The translations under genes and the position numbers were made by a program. 64,000 nt of DNA from the human T2T-CHM13v2.0 reference genome, Homo sapiens: assembly GCF_009914755.1 (NCBI RefSeq), contig NC_060934.1; one strand, given 5' to 3'. Each line of letters starts with the position of its first letter. The stretch's first letter is position 1. This document shows positions 25,900 through 40,328 of this stretch, piece by piece. The notes beneath the pieces were generated by a model. It worked only from the letters and a program-made list of their open reading frames with translations. It was not told the origin of the DNA and ran no database searches.

Positions 25900-27480
25900 T
25901 AGGGAGCCTTGGCGAGGTGGTGGGTCGGGTCCCTGCACGGCCCGGGATACAGCCTTGATCTTAAAGACGCAGCGCTTTGGAAACAAAAGGCCTGGCAGGC
26001 CCGCCGCTGGACACCAGCGCTGGGCAAGGAGCATCGAGCTGCAGGACAGAGCGCTGGGTCCCGGCCGCCGTTGACGCCCCTCCGAAAACAGCCGGGAGGA
26101 AGACCAGTCCCGCTCCGGTCGAGGCAAGTCAGGATCTATTCCAGTGAAGCGGCCCTTCCTGGGCTCAGTCGCTCCAGAGCAGAGTCTGCTCTGCCTCGGG
26201 GAAAGAATCACAGGAAACTTCCGCTCGTTTCAGAGCGGAGAGAGCTCGGGGCGCCATTTCCGCCAGGGCCACCGACTCCGAGAGTCCAGGCAGCCGGCCC
26301 GGGAGGAGCGGCTAGCAGGTCCCGAAGGCGGGTGAGGTGGCAGGCAGGGGCCGGCAGGGCAGCCGAGGGCCTTTCCTACGTCATGCCAAGAGGGCTGGGA
26401 GCCCCTAGAGCTGATCCTCCCTTAGCCCAGGTCAAGAGACTGGCTCGCGCGCGCTGTCTCTCTCCCTGTCTCCCTCAGAGGGCCCCTGCTCTCTGGAGCT
26501 CTTGACAAGAGCCCGAGGCTCCTCTTGCCGCCTAGGTCTGCCGAAAGTCCCCTCGGGTTCCCTCCTGCCCTAGGCAGCAGTTCCCTGCCTGTGCGCTTTG
26601 GGAACCCGGTGGCCGTGAAGTGAGGTGCGGACAGCTTCTGGGCCGCCTCGGCCAAGATGCTCAGGCGCACCTGGGGGTGTGTGCGGGAACCCTCAGCGGC
26701 AGCAGCCCAGCCCGGGGTGCAGTGTTGGCCCCAGAAACCAATGAGGTCCAAACGCCAGTCTCAGTTCCCCATCCCTGACATCGACCGAGGCAAGTTCCTA
26801 TTAAGGCCCAGAGATGACCCCGGGACGAGACAGGCTCATCCGGCGCGGATGAGACAGGCTCAGACCTGCGCGGTCTGAGGACGGCGCGCTCGCCGAGCAA
26901 CCCGGCAGGTCAGAACCCTGGACAGCGGCGCCGGTTTCCGCACCCCCACCCACCCCCGGCTGCTGCGGAGAAAGAAGCCGTACCGGGGGCCCAGCCGGGG
27001 CCCCTCGCTGCTCAGGGGTGGGATCCGCCCGGCCGGACCCCAGGCGTCCGGGGACCGACCCCAATCCTCTCCCAGTCCAAACCTGCGAAAGTTACTCCGG
27101 ACATGCGCTCAGCGCTGGCAACAGAGACAAAACTCCCTTCTCCGCAGTACCACGCGCCGCTCCTACCCGGCCGCTGCAGCCGGAAACCATCTCGCGGCCC
27201 CCGAGGAGAGTCCGGCCGCCTCACTGACTAGATAACCAGCCGAGCTCCCTCAACACACCCACCTCGCGGGGGCTCTAAGCCGGCTTGGGACCCTCGGCCT
27301 CGCCTCGCCCGGCGCTCCTCTCCCGGAGCCGCTAGGCTGGGCTCCTTCCCGTTGGCAAAACAGCGAGTAAACAAACAACCAAACAACCTTAGAAACGAAA
27401 GGCTGCACCAAACTTTGATGACGCCAGCCCCCTTTTTTTCCGAATGTCTCGACACCCGGGAGAAGGTGACTAATAGGTGT
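25900..27480. promoter_or_regulatory. Second, upstream CpG island
   Basis: GC/CpG-rich block separated from the promoter island by an AT-rich spacer (about 25480-25890). Confidence 0.85.
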
Positions 27481-29640
27481 TCGCTACGGTCCCCCTCCCC
27501 CTAAAAAAGGGCGTTAGTAACGAAAAGGTTATTTTTCCTTAATTTTTGTGCGGTAAAATGTATTTTCCAATTAACCAAATTCGCCGATCTGTCTCGCTTG
27601 GACACTCTGATAATTTACAACCTAAAAGTGTACTTTCTTTATCTAAAGACCAAGGTGACTGCTTTTAATTTTCTCTAACCTCTTTACACTTGATGTTCAC
27701 CAGACTCATAATGTTAATTGGCTTCATATACGGATCATCAGTTTAATGAAGAAATAAATCCTGTGTTGCTTTATGTTTTAACAGTGATTGCTTTAATGAG
27801 GAATGTGACGTGTTCCAAAATCAAAGCTGCAGGAGACATTAGAGGGGCTTCCACTAGGACAGAAATGCTTATTTAAAGTTAAAACCGCGGGGTCATATTT
27901 CAGCAGATTCACAGTCCTCCCCACCCCCTCCCCCGCTCCCCGCCCTCACCTAGCCTGCCTCCCGCCTCTGTAGGGAGACAATCCTGGGTCCTCAGTGCCC
28001 CTTCTCTCCGCATCTCATACCCGCAGCCACAGCATCTGCATTCCCGAGAATCATTTCCTGGTTGCTACATAGGGTGTGCTACTTTGCCTCCTGTCCCATA
28101 GGGAAGAGAGAAGCCAGCTCAGGGTGGGGAGTTCAACTTTCAAAGTTGTTCATGTTTTTAAAAATAAAATGGGAAGACAGTAACACGCCTGAAGACTGGC
28201 GTGCAGATGTTGTTACAGATGCAGCTCCCCCAGAGCCGCATGTCTTAGTGCTGAAAATTCGAGGCTTGGCTCCCAAAGGCTGACAGCTCCAGCTCAGGCC
28301 CAGTGAGTGGGCTGCTGACCCCCCAGGTTCTAGCCACTGCAACTGTCTGCAGGGATGCGCTAGGCTTCTGCCCAGGTGATGGAAGTTTTACATCTCTATA
28401 TCAATTAATAGCAGAGTAAATCTGCTTTCTCTAATGGGTGTTTGATTTTTCTAATTTTAAGCTGGTTCTATGAAAGGAAAACTGTCATCTCAGAAACACT
28501 AAGAGCAGCAATAAAAAGCTGGAAATGCGAGCATCTATCTAAGCCCTCAATTGTTTTCAGTTGAATTATGAATCATTTTAAATTGATTCCTGAAAAGAAT
28601 TCCAAATCCTTAGAAAATGTAGGGGTTTGAAGGCTCCGAGTTGGGTCTTAAATACCATACATAGTATTCATTTCTTACTGTTTGCCTTGTTTTAGGAAAA
28701 TTGGGAAAATATTTGGAGACACCTCTGTCCTCATCTTTTGAGCCCAAATACAAAAATATGTGTTGGATTTGACATCTTAATTGTGCTCAGAAAGGATTTT
28801 CACAACCTCCCTTTTAAAACTTTCCTTAGCAGAAATGACTTCAGTACACATGGCTTAAACCCATAGCAAGAGGGTAAAGCAGGTAAAATACTTAAATTAT
28901 CAGGGAGGAAAAAACCACACTGAATTCCTAATTATATGTTTTGGAAGGGCCCAGGTTTGATATTTTTACAAATGTTTTAAAGGCTCTCTAGCATAATCCC
29001 CGGTGGATATATCTCAGTGTGAATATGGCGTATTCTCTACTTGTCGGCAAATCTATCGTTATATTGTAGTTTTGGAAATTGCCAAAAAAGTTAGCTTAGC
29101 TAAGCTAAACATGAGAGAATATGTGAAGGACATAGCAGTTAATGGAAATTCCAGATTTCCCGGGGACTTAGGAACAGAAAATATATATACACAACAAGGG
29201 ATAGATATGCATTTTATCATCCTGGAAATTCCCTATAATTCACTAGTTTTACTGCCATATAAAACATAGTAGCTGCTCAAATGCAAGCCAACTTCCAATA
29301 ACTTCACCTGTTCTTGTCCAGTGACCACAGGACAAAGTATATTCCCATGTGGTTCCCAGGGATCTCAGAGCTCAGCTTCAACCTTTGGCCCTGTGTTTGC
29401 TGCAGAGCTTGGAGGGTTGCCCATGGCCTCCTAACTCTCACAAGGAAAGAGAGCACAGCCCAGGAGGAAGGCCCACCACCTGCAGAGTCTGTGCCCCTGC
29501 CTCCATTCAAGCAGGCTTCGGTCCTCAGGAGACCAGTGAGCTTGAGCAGGTCACTTACTCTCTCAGGACATCCCTCTCTCATTGTGTGACATGGGACAAC
29601 AATGCCACATCAAGTGCTGGAGGGAGGATTAAAAGACAGT

Positions 29641-30240
<600 letters not shown>

Positions 30241-30914
30241 TTTTAAAGAGGGTGCTGAACACAATGCCCAGCACATAGCAACTGCCCTGTGAACATCAGC
30301 TGCAACTGTGGCATTATCATTATCATTATTATTGTCTTGCTGCTAGGGCCACGTTCCTGGAGAGATGATCCTGTGAGCCATTTTGGGAACTTACAGATGG
30401 CACCTGAATCTTCTGGTGGTCTCCTAAATGAGCCCTGTTCCTCACCAGGCCAAAGCCACACCACCCTTGGGAGAGCTCCCACTTGCCTGTCTGCCACACT
30501 TGCTTCCTTACCGTTTTTTGTTCTTCATACTTAATTGCCTGGTTTGTTGAACTGTACTCAAAACACCTATTTTGCTAGAAAACCTAAACCAAGGTCCTTT
30601 GAGCTCAATCAAAGGCATCTTATCCAGTTGATAGAAATGTTTTAGAAATTTAAATCCATTGCCTTTAGATTGGGCATGTCAACTACTTGGTCACAGACCT
30701 CACTATTCCCTACTACTTTCCTCTCTCCAGGTTGTGTAACCCCCCGGCTCCTGCAGTTATCTGTCTTTCCTACCCTTGACATAAATTCTATGTGAGTTTA
30801 TCATTATTTTCAGACTGATAATGACTTTTTGTCAAGTGTTAGGATAAGAAAGGGGTGTGTTGAGGAAGGCCAAGTCTTCGGCTTCTAGCATTTCAGGGTC
30901 TCGTTCAGTCCATT

Positions 30915-31035
30915 TCAACTCTTCTCTCCTTCTCCCTTCTTTCTTTCTCTCTCTCCTTTCTCTCTCATTCTCTCTCTCTCTCCTTTCTCTCCTTCTTTCT
31001 TTCTCTGTCTCTCCTTCTTTCTCTCCCCTTCTCTC
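30915..31035 (+). repeat. Polypyrimidine (CT-rich) tract
   Basis: Almost purely C/T for about 120 nt. Confidence 0.9.
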
Positions 31036-32204
31036 AGGTATCTAGCACCTTCTCTGTGCCATGCCAGGGGATGCAGTTCTGAGCTCACAGCCCTGGGGAA
31101 CCAGCCCCTAGGGATTCTGGCTAGGGAAGGAGATGGGGATGCAGAGGTAAGGGAAACTCGCACCACGTGGAAACCACACCCAAAGGTACTGGATCCACTG
31201 TACCTTGTCTCCACCGCCCTAGAGGAACTTCTGGATGGGCAGCTCTGAGAACATAGCTCACCTCTAGCTGGGGAGGAGCTCCTGTCCTTATGTGCTCTCC
31301 TGCAGCTTCCAGTGGAGAAGAGACCAAAGACACAGTATCTCCTCTGTCCCCAGAGTTCTCGCCAGAGTCTTGTCAAGGGGTCTTGACAGGGCTAAGCATC
31401 AGCCGTCAGCCTCCTAATGGGACAATCTTGAGGGGCTAGGAGACCCACATTGGTCTGGGAGACCTCCTCCAGGTACACCCACAGTTTCGATTTCTTAGAT
31501 CCCAGCATCCAAGACTGCTCTAATTGATTCACTGGAGTCACTGACTTGGAGCAAAATACTTTTATAAGTATTTAGTTGGTAAGTCTAGCTACTATTAACA
31601 TGCAATAATGAATTGCTAATAAGAAAACTAAATCAATCTAAGGAAATCTCAAATTGGGACCGGCCAGAAATAGAAGAAAGATCTCAGTCTCCAAGTCTAA
31701 ATTATTTCACCAATAAACCTCTAGAAAAAAAAAATAGCTTTCAAGGTCAGCTCTTGGGTGCAAAGCTCTTTGGGTGCATTCATATGACTTGAATGGAGCT
31801 GTGGTACATGGAGAGGGGACTGGGAACAGCAGAGGCAGGGTTGGCGGCCAGTCCTCCTGATCCCCAGCCCGACACCCCCGGCTGCTGCCCCCTAAATAGG
31901 ACATGGCTCCCCTCAAACAAAACGCACGTTCAATTGCCCATATTAAGTGCTCGATAAATGTGTGGAATTTAATGGAAATTACCACGGAAGGAATGAAGTA
32001 AGTTTGCTACATGAATAATTAGCAAACACAATGAATCTTTTCCATTTCTAAGACTTGGATTATGTACATAGCTGCAGCAGGAGGCGTTTGGGTTTTCAAC
32101 CAGGAGAACTTGGGGTCAAGTCTGGCCTCTTAAACCTCCCTATTGACAAGGTCTGCCTGTCAGTACTTGATCCAGGCATCAGTAGGTTATTCTCGCTGCC
32201 CCCA

Positions 32205-32716
32205 GCACTCTCTCTTCTTTCTCTCTTTCCCTCTCCCCGTTTCTCTTTCTTCCTTTCACCACTTCATTCTTTCTCTTTCCAGCCCTCTCTCTCTTCCTCT
32301 TTTTTCTCTCCCTGTCTCTCTTGCTCTTTCTCTCCTTCTCTCCCTCTCCCTCTCTCTCCCTTCTTTCTCTCTCTCCTTCTCTCTCATTCTCTTCTTTCTC
32401 TCCTTCTTTCTGTCTCTCTTTCTCGCTCTCCCCTTTTTTCTCTCCCCTTCTGTCTCTCCTTTCTTTCCTTCTTTCTCTCTCTCTCTCTTTCTCTCTCTCC
32501 TTCTTTCTCTCTCTCCTTCTTTCCCTCCCTTTCTCTTTCTCCCCCTCCCTTCTTTCTCTCTCTCCTCTTTCTCTCTCTCCTTCTTTCCCTCCCTTTCTCT
32601 TTCTCTCCCTCCCTTCTTTCTCTCTCTCCTCTTTCTCTCTCTCCTTCTTTCCCTCCCTTTCTCTTTCTCTCCCTCCCTTCTTTCTCTCTCTCCTCTCTCT
32701 CTCCCCCTCCCACTCT
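32205..32716 (+). repeat. Long CT-rich tract containing a 64-bp tandem unit x~3
   Basis: ttccctccctttctctttct recurs at 32521, 32585, 32649. Confidence 0.9.
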
Positions 32717-34517
32717 CTCACACACGCAAAGACACACACAGTGAATACTTCTCAGCTGTGACTTCACTGTCATGCTCTTGCAATCCTGGATCAGCAGGGC
32801 CCTCCGTCTCCCCACCTGACCAGCCCACTCCCATCCACATCGGTCCCACCTCTCCAGGACTGCCCTCTGCCCTCCCCAACACCTCACTGCTCTGCTCTTG
32901 GTGACTCTGTTGGCCATGACCTTGCATGGCATAGCCAGGCCATAACAGGACTCCTCAGCACATTTCCCAGGGGTGGGGCACTGCCTCCCTCTCCTCCCCG
33001 TGGCCTCAGTCTCACTCAACAGCAGACTCTCAGAGCACATTTAGATCCCAATAGAAATATTTATTCCATGAAATTGTCTGCTGTCTAGGCAAGGCTGGCC
33101 CAGGCAATTCCCACTTTTCAGCCCCATCCCCAATCAGCCTGCAGCCCCCACAGGCCAGCCTGGCGAGAGGCAAGGTAACACACAGGGAGGCATGCACCTT
33201 TGCCCACCCATCCATCAGCCTCCTTATCCATTATTCAGACAGCTGTGCAGCCCCGTTTCGGTGGTCAGGTAACATTCAGCAGATGTACCTGGGGACCTGG
33301 GGAGGTTGGGGTGTTGGGAGGGCCTCGTACAGACACTGTAGCAAAGCTTGCCAAATCGAGACCTCCAGCAACAGGGAGTAGGTCCCCTGGATGCAGCCCT
33401 GGAGAGGACCTCAGCTGTCCAAGGCAGCCCCTCAGCCCCGGCAGCTTGGGCTCAGGGAGTCCCAGCCAGCCAGGCTGTCCATGGCGTCTTCACTCCCCCG
33501 CCACACCAGCCCAGCTCAGGACCAGGCCTCCCTTTTGCTGGAGGATGGAGGCCCCTCCTGTAGCCTGCACATTCTTCTTCTCCCTTATGCACTCATTTCT
33601 TCAACAGATGCTCACTGAGAACCCTGTTCATGCCAGCCTTACATGGGGGCAAAAGAAAAGAGATGTCATTTCCTTCACAGTGCTTAAACCTTTTAATATA
33701 ATATTTGTGTGTGTTCGTGTATGTGTGTTTACCAATATTATTTCCCCAACTAGACTGTAAATGCTGACTGTAAACAGCAGGTCAGCATGGGCTTAGCAGT
33801 GCTGGCACCTAGTAGGCATAAAATAAAGATCTGTTCAATGCATACATTAATAAGACAAGATCTACAGCTTCAAGTCACAGAGGACATAGCCGTGAACAAA
33901 GCATTTGGAGATAAGTGCCTCAGACAGCGAACAAAGCCAGTGCCTCCCTGCAGTGCTGGGCTGGTGTCCTTCAGTGCTCTCTGGGACAAGTCAGGCCTTG
34001 AATAATCGCATGAATTAAAGAGGGACAATCAATTGTCTCTTCTTTCCTGTATCTGTTACTAAAGGTTGCTGAGGGCCTTTAGAGAGTCACCTTCTACATG
34101 GTCATGGGGATACACGGTGTGCGAGCCAGGTGAACACCCTCTCCAGTCTTACAGGAAAGGCTGCAGCAGTGGGAAGGCACTTCTCCCTAGCCTGCTTCTC
34201 TTGACTGCACCCACAAACCATCCCAATGGCTACTCTCCCACCACGCTGCAGCTGAAGTCATAGAATGGATATGGGGCTTCATGTCCCAAATCCTTATTGC
34301 TGCTTTCCAGCTCTTTGGTTGTCTTAGCTTTTTGAGCATCATTTTTCCCATCTGCAAAGCCAAAAGGATTCCCATCATGGAAGAACTACTGTGTGAAATG
34401 GTAACATTCTCCACAGCTGATGGTGGTGGTTAGCAACTGTGACAGCCTTTCAGAAAACAGAGGAGGGGGGCAGCCCTTCCACATCTGCATATCTGTCCTC
34501 ACTCCTGAAATGCCCCC

Positions 34518-34725
34518 CGTCTTTCTCTCTCTCCCTCTCTCTCCTTCCTCCTTTTCTCTCTCCTCCTCCTCTTCCCTTTTTCCCACCCTCTCTCCCTACT
34601 CTCCCCTCCACTCCCTCCTTCCCTTCCTCTTTCCCTTCCCTCCCACTCCCTCTCCCTCTCTCCTCACCCCTTTCCCTCTCCCCTCCCTTCTGTCCCTCTT
34701 CCCCCTTTTCCTTCTCCTCCTGCCT
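34518..34725 (+). repeat. Polypyrimidine (CT-rich) tract
   Basis: C/T-dominated low complexity. Confidence 0.85.
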
Positions 34726-35264
34726 GTCCCCACCCAGGTCCAGACTCTGTCTGGCAACATCTATGCTAAACTCTGCTGTGTCCAAGTAATGCCTACTCCC
34801 CATTCCCTGCAATGGCTCTCCCAGGAGCACCTGCCTTGGCTCTCATGTCCTCGCCCCTTTAACCAGGAAATTGTGTTTGGAGTTGGGGGGTAGGAATGCA
34901 GAAGGGGTGAAGGGAAGGGGACCCTCATTTCTTACTTTAGGCAAAGGTTACCTTCTGGCTGTCCAGCCAGTGGGAGCATTGAGTTGTTTGGCCAGTGTCA
35001 GTATTAGAGTCGTTTTGTATTTTCTAAAATGTGAAAACAATTGCACGGAATGCATCTGGCGGAGGTTCTGGTCCCTTGGAATATCTCACCCCTCACACAA
35101 GGATACTTTCTGTCTCTTGTCTGAAGGCAGCTGAACTTATAATCCCTGAATGTATTTTTTAAGTGCTTTGTTTATGGCTGACTTTCCTTTTATTATGCTC
35201 TTCAGAAAAAGTTGTCTAAAGGAAAATCAATCAATCAATGAATTAAATGTTTAAAAAAATTTTA

Positions 35265-35425
<161 letters not shown>

Positions 35426-36518
35426 AATTTTTGTTATTTTCTTAAAATAAATTTTCAGTAGATACATGATCTGATCAAAGAATAAGCATATTGCAGATGC
35501 CTCAAATTACTCACAGTCCTTCCTATTTCTGTGAAAGCCCATCAGTGACCATTGGCATGCAAGTATTTTTCTCTTCATCTTCACTTCCACCTTGAGCAAC
35601 CTTCAGCTCCCCCTCCTTAACCAAGTGGCCCATCCTCTTGGGTGGTGAGACACCCACGAGCACAGCTCCATGTGGAAAACTACATCCATCATGCAAATCC
35701 CAGAGGCCTCTGAGTCAGCCACTCTAGTCAGTGGTGGCAAAGTTAGAGCCAGGCAGGGTCTCAGGGACGGCCTGGGATGTTGGACACTTATGTGAGGACC
35801 CAGGCCAGGGACAGAGGTCTGTAGGAAAGCCCTGAGCCTCCAGATAGATGCTTCAGTAAAGAGGCTGGCTGGGGGAAGAGGTCATAAGCAGGTAGCCCAA
35901 AGCTAAAGGTCTCTGGGGTGGAGCTGGAAGCCTGTAGAGGCAGGTCCTAGGACAATCAGTCATGAGGTCAGGGGTCTGTTTTCCGTGGCCAGGAAAAAAG
36001 ATACTCACAAGTTCAGATAGTAAAGGAGTCAAGGTCAAGGCTGCTGGCTGTTTCTCCCAGGCAGGGTCATCTAGCATGTGGCATATGGTGGTCCTCAGAG
36101 CCTCCCCTGAACCCGCTTGGCTCCTCCCACGGTCTCAGAGGGCTGTCAGCAGCAGATGGGGCTCTCTGCCTACAGCCCTACAGAGAGACTCCTCAGTGGC
36201 CATACTTTCTGGGTCACTGGACAGAACTATAAACTCCATAAAAATGTAAATTCAGAGTAGTAACCACTGCCTCCGAGGGAGCACAGGGGAAACAGTGGGA
36301 AGCCAGGTAGCCTGCCACCAATCGTGGGAAAAGGGAAGTGGGGGCAGGGAGGGGTCTCTGCATCCCCAACATTCTCCCAGCTCAACTTCCTCAGACTGGG
36401 CTGAGAAGAGGCATTAACCTACTTGGTACTTTCTGAAACAGCTGCTGCTGTCCTGAAGTTGCACAGAGCCACCCAGCCCAGAATCATCCTCACTGATTTC
36501 AGCCAGAGCCAACAGCTG

Positions 36519-36532
36519 CCACCAGGTGGCAC
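36519..36532 (+). promoter_or_regulatory. Candidate CTCF site
   Basis: CCACCAGGTGGCAC matches the core CCASYAGRKGGCRS. Confidence 0.5.
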
Positions 36533-39500
36533 CAAACTGCAGACGGAGTAGCTCCTTTTCCGCTGGAGAGAGCTTCATGTGGATGGCAGGAGCCAGGGCC
36601 AATCTGGGTGTTCCTGCTCCTACTAAGGCCCTGGAACAGCCTGGGGTATCAGAAATTGCAAATGCCTGCTGGGTGGAGAATGGATGGATAGGTGGGTGGA
36701 TGGAAGGAGGAAGGAGGAATGAAAAAATGGATGGATGAAGGGACAGATGATGGAGTTCATTCTACCTCCCTAGCCCCACAGTAGCTGGGCACCCCTTCTC
36801 CTTTAGGTGGGCACCACAGGTGAAGCTGGAGATGTGCCCTGGACCTCACAACTCCAACTCAAGAATATGTCCTCCCAGGTGCCTCTGCCTCTAGCTCCAC
36901 CTGAGGTACACAGCCTGGAGAGAGGGCCTTTATTGAATAAATTAGTGGGGACAAGGTCTGCCTTCTGTGTCAGGGGGTAGAGAGCAAGAGGTCACTGGGG
37001 TGTCCTCACACTCTGCATCACACCAGGGGCAGTCGGGGAGAAAACCCATTCCTGTACCCCGTTCCCACTCCAGCCTGGCCAGACACCATCACCCACCTTC
37101 CCACCAGTCCTTGCCCTTCCCACTGTCTGGAAAGCTGCCCCTGGGTGGCCTTCAAGACTCTGGCCCTCACTTCATCCTAATCTCGGCTTAAAGTCTTCTC
37201 TTCAAGAGAAGACTTCCGAGACGAAAGAAGCCCAATTCTCGTCCCCACTACTCTCCACCTTTATTCTTGCTTTGGTTTCCTGCTTAGCTGTTAAGTCCTT
37301 CTCAAATGCTTTATTGGCACATGCTTGGTGTCTGTCTCAGTGCTCTCATGCAAGCTCCACGGTGCACCCTGGCTTCTAGAACAGCACCTGGCATGCAGCA
37401 TTTTGTTACGTAAATGAGCCCCAGCTCCCCTACTGGCTGGACCAGCAATAGGCAGCCCCTGGTCCCCATGGCTACCCCCAGCCGGACTCCCCTCCACCAG
37501 GAGAGTTCATTATCCCTGAGAAGTTCACCGTTGCAGTAAAAAGGCGACACCTCCTTAATTACCCTGCTAATTACAAGTCCTGTAGTCCTCAACTGTGCAC
37601 CAACACCGTTGCAAATCTCATTTCCTTGCAAAGTCCAGGATAAACAAATCCAATATATTTTGTTTTAATTATTGCTGTTTAATGGACCATAATGAAACTA
37701 TAGTGAGGGTGCACAAAAGGAGATCATTTGGAGTATCCACCTGTGCAGGTCCAGTGGTGAGTGGGAGCCTCGATGTTCAGGTTTCATTTACCGTAATCCC
37801 AGCTTCCTCTCTGTGCCCAGAAATCCCATCACTTATTTATCGGCCTTGCCTTTGGCTCTGAGCCCGCCACCAGGGCAGGATGTCTGCCCTCCTGGAGAGC
37901 AATCTAAAACCCGAGGACCTCGGGGATGGTGGAATTTCTCCACATGCCAGGTGCCTGGATTTGACAAGCCACACAAAAAGGCATTTTGTTTTATCTCAGG
38001 GTTTTTTCTTTTTTCCATTTTTACAGGCTAAAACAGTTTATCATACATATATTGACTATATTGTATTTTTTTAAGTTGTTTGTGCCGGGCCAAGGTGGGG
38101 GGACTTCCTCTTCTCCGCCTGTTTTCTTTTTGAAAGGTTCATAGCTTGTGAGAGCTTTTAATGTCATAAGGCTTTCATCTTCCATTTGTCATCTGTGACA
38201 CAGATGTTTTTCCCAATTTCTTGTGTGGCAGTGGTTGTGTGTCCACTCACATGACAGTCTCAACTGCCTCGGCCCTTTTAGTCTTGGTGAGGGTGGGAGA
38301 CAGCCCCCAAGGCCCCATTCCCCCAGAAAGTCCTTGCGGCAGGAACATCAGAGCTCCACCAGTTGGGTGAGGTAGCACCCGGCACTGATTCTCTGGCTAC
38401 CCAAGAAGAGAGACCCTCTCCTTGCCAACCCCAGCAGGGCCTGTCTCACCCATCTTCCCCCCAAGGGCCTTCCTCCTTCCTGCCCTCCTGCATCCCTGGC
38501 TCTTCAACCTCTTTATTCCCATCTTGCATTCAGGCTCCTGGCTTTTTGAGTCTTTGTTTCTACTTAGGAAGGGACTAGGGGAGGACAAAACAACCTGGGA
38601 CACCAAAGAGGGAAGAAAGGGGAAAGAAATCTGCAAGAAAGCCACACAGTCCAGGAGCGCGTCCAGCAGGACAGCTGGACTTCACCGGTGTGTTTTCTCA
38701 GAAAGTCTTCTAAACCCTGTGGCCCTCCCCAGGTCTGCAGGTGGGGCTCCTTTCAGAATTCACCATCATCAAAGGAGCACTAGATGGCAGGATTGGGGGA
38801 GGCTGTGTCAGCAGCAGAGAAGGTGGGAGGACCTTTGAGACTGCTGCAGGTGAAGCTGGGCTCTGCAGACCCACATCGGGCTCCTTACTCACTGTCCTTG
38901 ACCCTAGAGAGCCCAGACAGCCCCAGGAGGAAGTGGCAGATGCCCCTCTCTGGGATTCCTTGGCTCAGCCTGGGGCCGGCCCCGGGCACACAAAAAACCA
39001 GAGGGGAGCTGAGGCAAGTAGCGGGCTTATCTGGCTCCTAATTATGGTCCTGGGGTTATTGGGAGAAAGTGGGTCTTGTATGTGCTTCTATCTATTCAAT
39101 CAACAAACTGTTGCCAGGCCAGAGGGTCCCAGGCATTCCCAGGGTTGTCCTGCTGTGGGGGCACCTGCGTAGTGATGGGATAGAGGGCTCTGCAGGTGCA
39201 CTAAGGAGTTTATTCCCATTTTGCTGCTGCCAGCAGCCTGTGCTTTTATAGATTCATTCCTGCGGTCCTGTTACCTCCCCCTTATCTTTATTAAGTAGCA
39301 GACATGTTCCTAACACCAGGCCTGGGCACTCTGCCCAGCCTGGGCACTGCCAGGCCTGGGCACTGCAGAGGAGTGCTGGCAAAACCAGCTCCCGGGTGCT
39401 CCCAGCCCAGCCCCACACCATCTTCTTGGCTGGCTTTTATGTGAACTAGTGTTTGTCTCATCTCCTCACTAGAGATGAGTGTCTCTTGCTTTCTATTTGC

Positions 39501-40245
39501 TTACTGTGCCATTTATTCCCCCATAAGCCCTTTAAGAGACGTGGTATTTCCCATTCTTTGCAGATAAGAAGCCTGCCACTCACAGAGGTGAGGGAATTTT
39601 CCTAAGGTCACACAGCTGGGTGGCCAGGGACAGAGCCAGGTTCAAATGCAGGACTTTGAACATATCCTCGGTTCACAGAGGGCTGGGATGGGACTGTCTT
39701 CACCTCCCCGCACCCCAGGTCTGCAGGGCACCGAGAGACTGTCCTTGAATGGCACCTTAGGTTGATCTAGGAACCCTGAGTTAGGAGAAGCCTCAGAGGT
39801 CACCAGAACCTCATTCATGCCAGGCAGGAGCCCACCAGGACCTGGCAAATGAAGCCTGAAGATGCCCCTGCCTGGCTGTCCCCACCTTCCCCCACAGACA
39901 CCCCTGTCTCCCAGTCAGATCCAAAGAACACACAGAACACATCTGCTCTCTTTTTAAATCAGTTACGTTTTTTCTTTTAAATAAAATTATATATCTTCAC
40001 TGAAGAAAATGTAGAAAACATAGCTAAATAAGAAGAGAATAAAAACCACACATGATCTCACTAATGAGAGAAAAGCTTTCCAGTGTTGACTGTAATGAAT
40101 TTCTGCCTGGTGTTTTTTCTATACAAATAGTTGTAAACAAAAATAGGATCATATTGTGAAGACTTCTGTGACCAGCTTTTTGAATCAAACAGTGTTGTTG
40201 AACATCTTGCTATAAACATCATCTTCAATGTCTTCTCCATAATTT

Positions 40246-40328
40246 GGATGGATGGATGAATGGACGGATGGATGGATGGATGGATAGATGGAAGGATGGA
40301 TGGATGGATGGAAGGATGGATGGATGGG
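40246..40328 (+). repeat. (GGAT)n microsatellite
   Basis: ggatggatggatg repeats with interruptions. Confidence 0.95.

Noticed and set aside
32055-33040. 146-253 aa Ser/Leu/Phe or Glu/Arg ORFs
   Set aside because: Translations of the CT low-complexity tract.
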